Assembly: GCF_963921235.1 (NCBI RefSeq)
Contig: NC_086107.1
Span: 98,954,001-99,018,000 of the forward strand
From: Mobula hypostoma
Taxonomy: Eukaryota
Direction of reading: 5' to 3'
Length of the DNA stretch: 64,000 nucleotides
Position 1 is the stretch's first letter, and the number at the start of each line of letters is the position of its first letter. The translations under genes were made by a program, and so were the position numbers. Positions 60,513-64,000 of the stretch are shown piece by piece. Below the pieces are notes generated by a model. The model was not told where the DNA came from and did no database searches. It saw nothing but the letters and a program-made list of their open reading frames with translations.

Positions 60513-61327
60513 ATATAGAATGAAAGGGCACAGTTCAAAATCATGGAGGATGGGGATAAGAAGGATAATTTTCCACGGAAATCGAATTTTAAAAAGAGCA
60601 GATGCTTGAAATACTCAGCAGGTCAGGCAGCACCTGTGGAGAGTAGCCTTCAGAACTGGAATCCCCTACCTCAGAGCTCCATGGTGGCAGAGTCATTGAG
60701 GTTACCAATGCGAGGAACAGAAAGTATTGACCCAGAAGCCCATGTTCCTGCACAGCTACTACCCAGTGCAGGCATGATGAATTTCTTTAGCCTCCTGAGG
60801 CATCTTACTGTGCTGGAAGACCAAATTTCAGGCCGTTCGATAAGCCTCTTTCATTGAGTTGATGACCTCCCAGCAGCACCTGAGGTCTGTCTCGGTGTGT
60901 GTGTGTCCCCCCGGGAACACAGTTCTTCTGCTAAGCAGATGAGATGAACCATGATGAAGATAGTGGCCTCAATCAGGTTAGGCCGACGTTGCCATGCTGT
61001 TGCGGTGGAAATGGCCCCACTTCCCGGGTATCTGTGGAGGCCTGGATGAGAGAGTGGACTGACATCCGGTGTCTGTGACCTCACTGAAACCAGTGACCTC
61101 ATCAGGACGTAACGGCACCTGCGGTTGGAAAGGGGAAAAGAGGATCATGCAGATGTTGTCTACAAGGGAGGTGGAGGTGAGCTGGGATTGGCAGGGGAGC
61201 ATTTGGAGAGGTGGGTGATAGTTCTGGGGAGTGGGTTGTGTAGAGGTTAGGCGGGATGGGGAGGGAGACAGCTGAGCACGACTGACAAACCAATGCAATA
61301 CCTGAAATATCCAATTCCCTTCCGGGT

Positions 61328-61462
61328 AAACACGAGGAAATCTGCAGATGCTGGAAATTCAAGCAACACACATCAAAGTTGCTGGTGAACGCAGCAGGCC
61401 AGGCAACATCTCTAGGAAGAGGTGCAATCGAGGTTTCGGGCCGAGACCCTTCGTCAGGACTC
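61328..61462 (-). mobile_element. Penelope-derived short element with a hammerhead motif (61425-61462)
   Basis: Minus strand reads GAGTC-CTGACGA-A-GGGT-CTCG-GCCC-GAAAC-CTC-GATT, followed by the shared body. Confidence 0.78.
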
Positions 61463-63004
61463 GGGATCTACCCGCGCACGCCTCCACGCAGAAGCCATTG
61501 TTGCAGACGGGGCGGGAGCTTCTTTTAACTTCAAATTAAGCTTTTATTCATAATGGAATGTGCAGCATACAGAAAGAAAATCACTGTACGAAACACTTTA
61601 CATTCCCAGTGTCGTTTGGTTGATACTTTTAATGGTGTTAACTTGATATTTTTGTTTTGAACAATAGGACCATTAACCGTGATGTGATCCCTGGGCTGAA
61701 GCACCGTTTCACAGTTTGAGGGGCCTCCCCATCTGGTCCAGTCTCCCCGTGTTCTGTAGCAGAAGTGTGGACTATGGTCCTTCGCCAGGCCCTTGGTGAC
61801 TCCCACGAGCTTCAGCGACTAATTCAGCAGCCTGGAATGCGCCGGCTAATGGTGTTGGCTGATTATTTTCACCAGCGGTTCCAAGTTCAAAGTACGTATA
61901 CGTCACCATGTACAACCCCGAGATTCATTGTCGATATATGAGTACTTTGATAATAAGTTTTCATTTTCACCAAGATACTATGAAAAGCTTGTCTGGCATA
62001 CGAGTCACACCCATCAGATCGTTACAAGGCGCATTGGTGCAGAACCTCCTCCACGACCAGGTTCAACACGTTGACGTCCTGTGGAGGCTTGCGTGCTTCA
62101 AGGACCCCTCCGGGCGATGCCAGCTCAGGGCCACCCACGTTGGAACGGCTGTGGAGGAGATGCCAGGCGAAGATCGATCCAACCCCGGCTCCCGAACGGA
62201 CGGACTCGCGCCTGCCCCTCCCGGGACACACTTCATCATGAATCAAGCCAACCTTCCAATATATGAACCCCCAGCTTGCCCCTGTGGTGCCCCCAAAAAA
62301 GCCGGGACGTCCCCCACCTAGTCCAAACATGGCCTCTCAACCAAGATCCAAGGCGGCTTTGCCGCGGTCCATCGAAGCGGCCGCGAGTTGGACTTTGACA
62401 AAAAAACAATTAGAAATGTGAAGAGAGAAAAAAAAAACCTGCCATTCGAAATAACAAGAGTGGAACCTGGGAAAGCAGTAACAATGCAGAATAAAGTGTA
62501 ACAGCTACGGAGAAAGTGCAGTGCAGGCAGGCAATAAGGTGCAAGATCATAACAAGGTAGATTGTGAGATCAAAAGCCCATCTCTAGTACAAGAAGTCCG
62601 TCCTGATGGCGGCGCGATAGAAGCTGTCTATCGGTCTGGTGGTACGTGCTTTTGCATCATCTTCCCGATGGGAGAGGGGAGAAGAGAGAGGGCGGGATCT
62701 TTGATTATGCTGGCTGTTTTACCGAGACAGCGAGAAGCGTAAACAGAGTCCGTAGCGGGAAGGTTGCTGCTGTGATGGGCTGAGCGGTGTCCATAGCGCG
62801 CAGAGCAGCTGGCATACCAAACTGTGATGTGTCCGGATAGGTGACGGCGCCTCGGTGCAACTGTTGAAGGTCATCCGGAATTTCTTCACCCTCCTGAGGC
62901 AGCTTGCTCTGCTGGGACACCGACACGCCTCACTTCGTTCAATCAGCGTCTCTCACTGACTTGATCTTCCAGCAGCACGAGTGAGTGAGTGTGTGTGTGT
63001 GTAT

Positions 63005-64000
63005 GTCATAGTCATAGTCATACTTTATTGATCCCGGGGGAAATTGGTTTTCGTTACAGTTGCATCATAAATAATAAATAGTAATAAAACCATAAATAGT
63101 TAAATAGTAATATGTAAATATGCAAATTGTGCCAGGAAATAAATCCAGGACCAGCCTATTGGCTCAGGGTGTCTGACCCTCCAAGGGAGAAGTTGTAAAA
63201 TTTGATGGCCACAGGCAGGAATGACTTCCTATGACGTTCTGTGCTGCATCTCGGTGGAATGAGTCTCTGGCTGAATGTACTCCTGTGCCCAACCAGTACA
63301 TTATGTAGTGGATGGGAGACATTGTCCAAGGTGGCATGCAACTTGGACAGCATCCTCTTTTCAGACACCACCATCAGAGAGTCCAGTTCCGTTCCCACAA
63401 CATCACTGGCCTTACGAATGAGTTTGTTGATTCTGCTGGTGTCTGCTGCCCCAGCACACAACAGCAAACATGATAGCACTGACCACCACAGACTCATAGA
63501 ATATCCTCAGCATCGTCCGGCAGATGTTAAAGGACCTCAGTCTCCTCAGGAAATAGAGACGGCTCTGACCCTTCTTATAGACAGCCTCAGTGTTCTTTGA
63601 CCAGTCCAGTTTATTGTCAATTCGTATCCCCAGGTATTTGTAATCCTCCACCATGTCCACACTGACCCCCTGGATGGAAACAGGGGTCACTGGTACCTTA
63701 GCTCTCCTCAGGTCTACCACCAGCTCCTTAGTCTTTTTCACATTAAGCTGCAGATAATTCTGCTCACACCATCTGACAAAGTTTCCTACCGTAGCCCTGT
63801 ACTCAGCCTCATCTCCCTTGCTGATGCATCCAACTATGACAGAGTCATCAGGAAACTTCTGAAGATGACAAGACTCTGTGCAGTAGTTGAAGTCCGAGGT
63901 GTAAATAGTGAAGAGAAAGGGAGACAAGACAGTCCCCTGTGGAGTCCCAGTGCTGCTGATCACTCTGTCGGACACACAGTGTTGCAAGCACACGTACTGT
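63005..64000 (-). mobile_element. Rex1/Babar-like LINE, RT C-terminal half to 3' tail; frameshifted; runs off the window
   Basis: GTPQGTVLSPFLFTIYTSDF...QKFPDDS, LNVKKTKELVVD, YKYLG; AATAAA plus a (tatgac)n tail next to a (gt)n tract. Confidence 0.9.

Overview
Eukaryotic, vertebrate genomic DNA. The repeat content (CR1 tails, V-SINE-like tRNA SINEs, Penelope-derived palindromic elements) suggests a cartilaginous fish, probably a ray; this is an inference. Bases 1-9017 are a 23-bp G-rich satellite with higher-order structure. Two complete spliced genes lie in tandem on the minus strand: RRP7A (7 coding exons, 20949->14450, 272 aa) and POLDIP3/SKAR (9 coding exons, 57114->27323, about 438 aa). 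I reconstructed both by hand with GT-AG sites and consistent phases, and the order matches the mammalian RRP7A-POLDIP3 synteny. The rest is mostly decayed CR1, L2 and Rex/Babar LINEs, SINEs, two tiny hAT MITEs and intronic minisatellites. The most notable signal is a family of short, often palindromic insertions carrying a minimal type-I hammerhead ribozyme motif. Three copies have 13-14-bp target-site duplications, a fixed 3' end and variable 5' ends. A separate Penelope endonuclease remnant carries its own hammerhead-bearing inverted repeats. Most ORFs in the supplied track are repeat artefacts. Repeat boundaries are approximate, and homology calls come from recalled sequences rather than searches.
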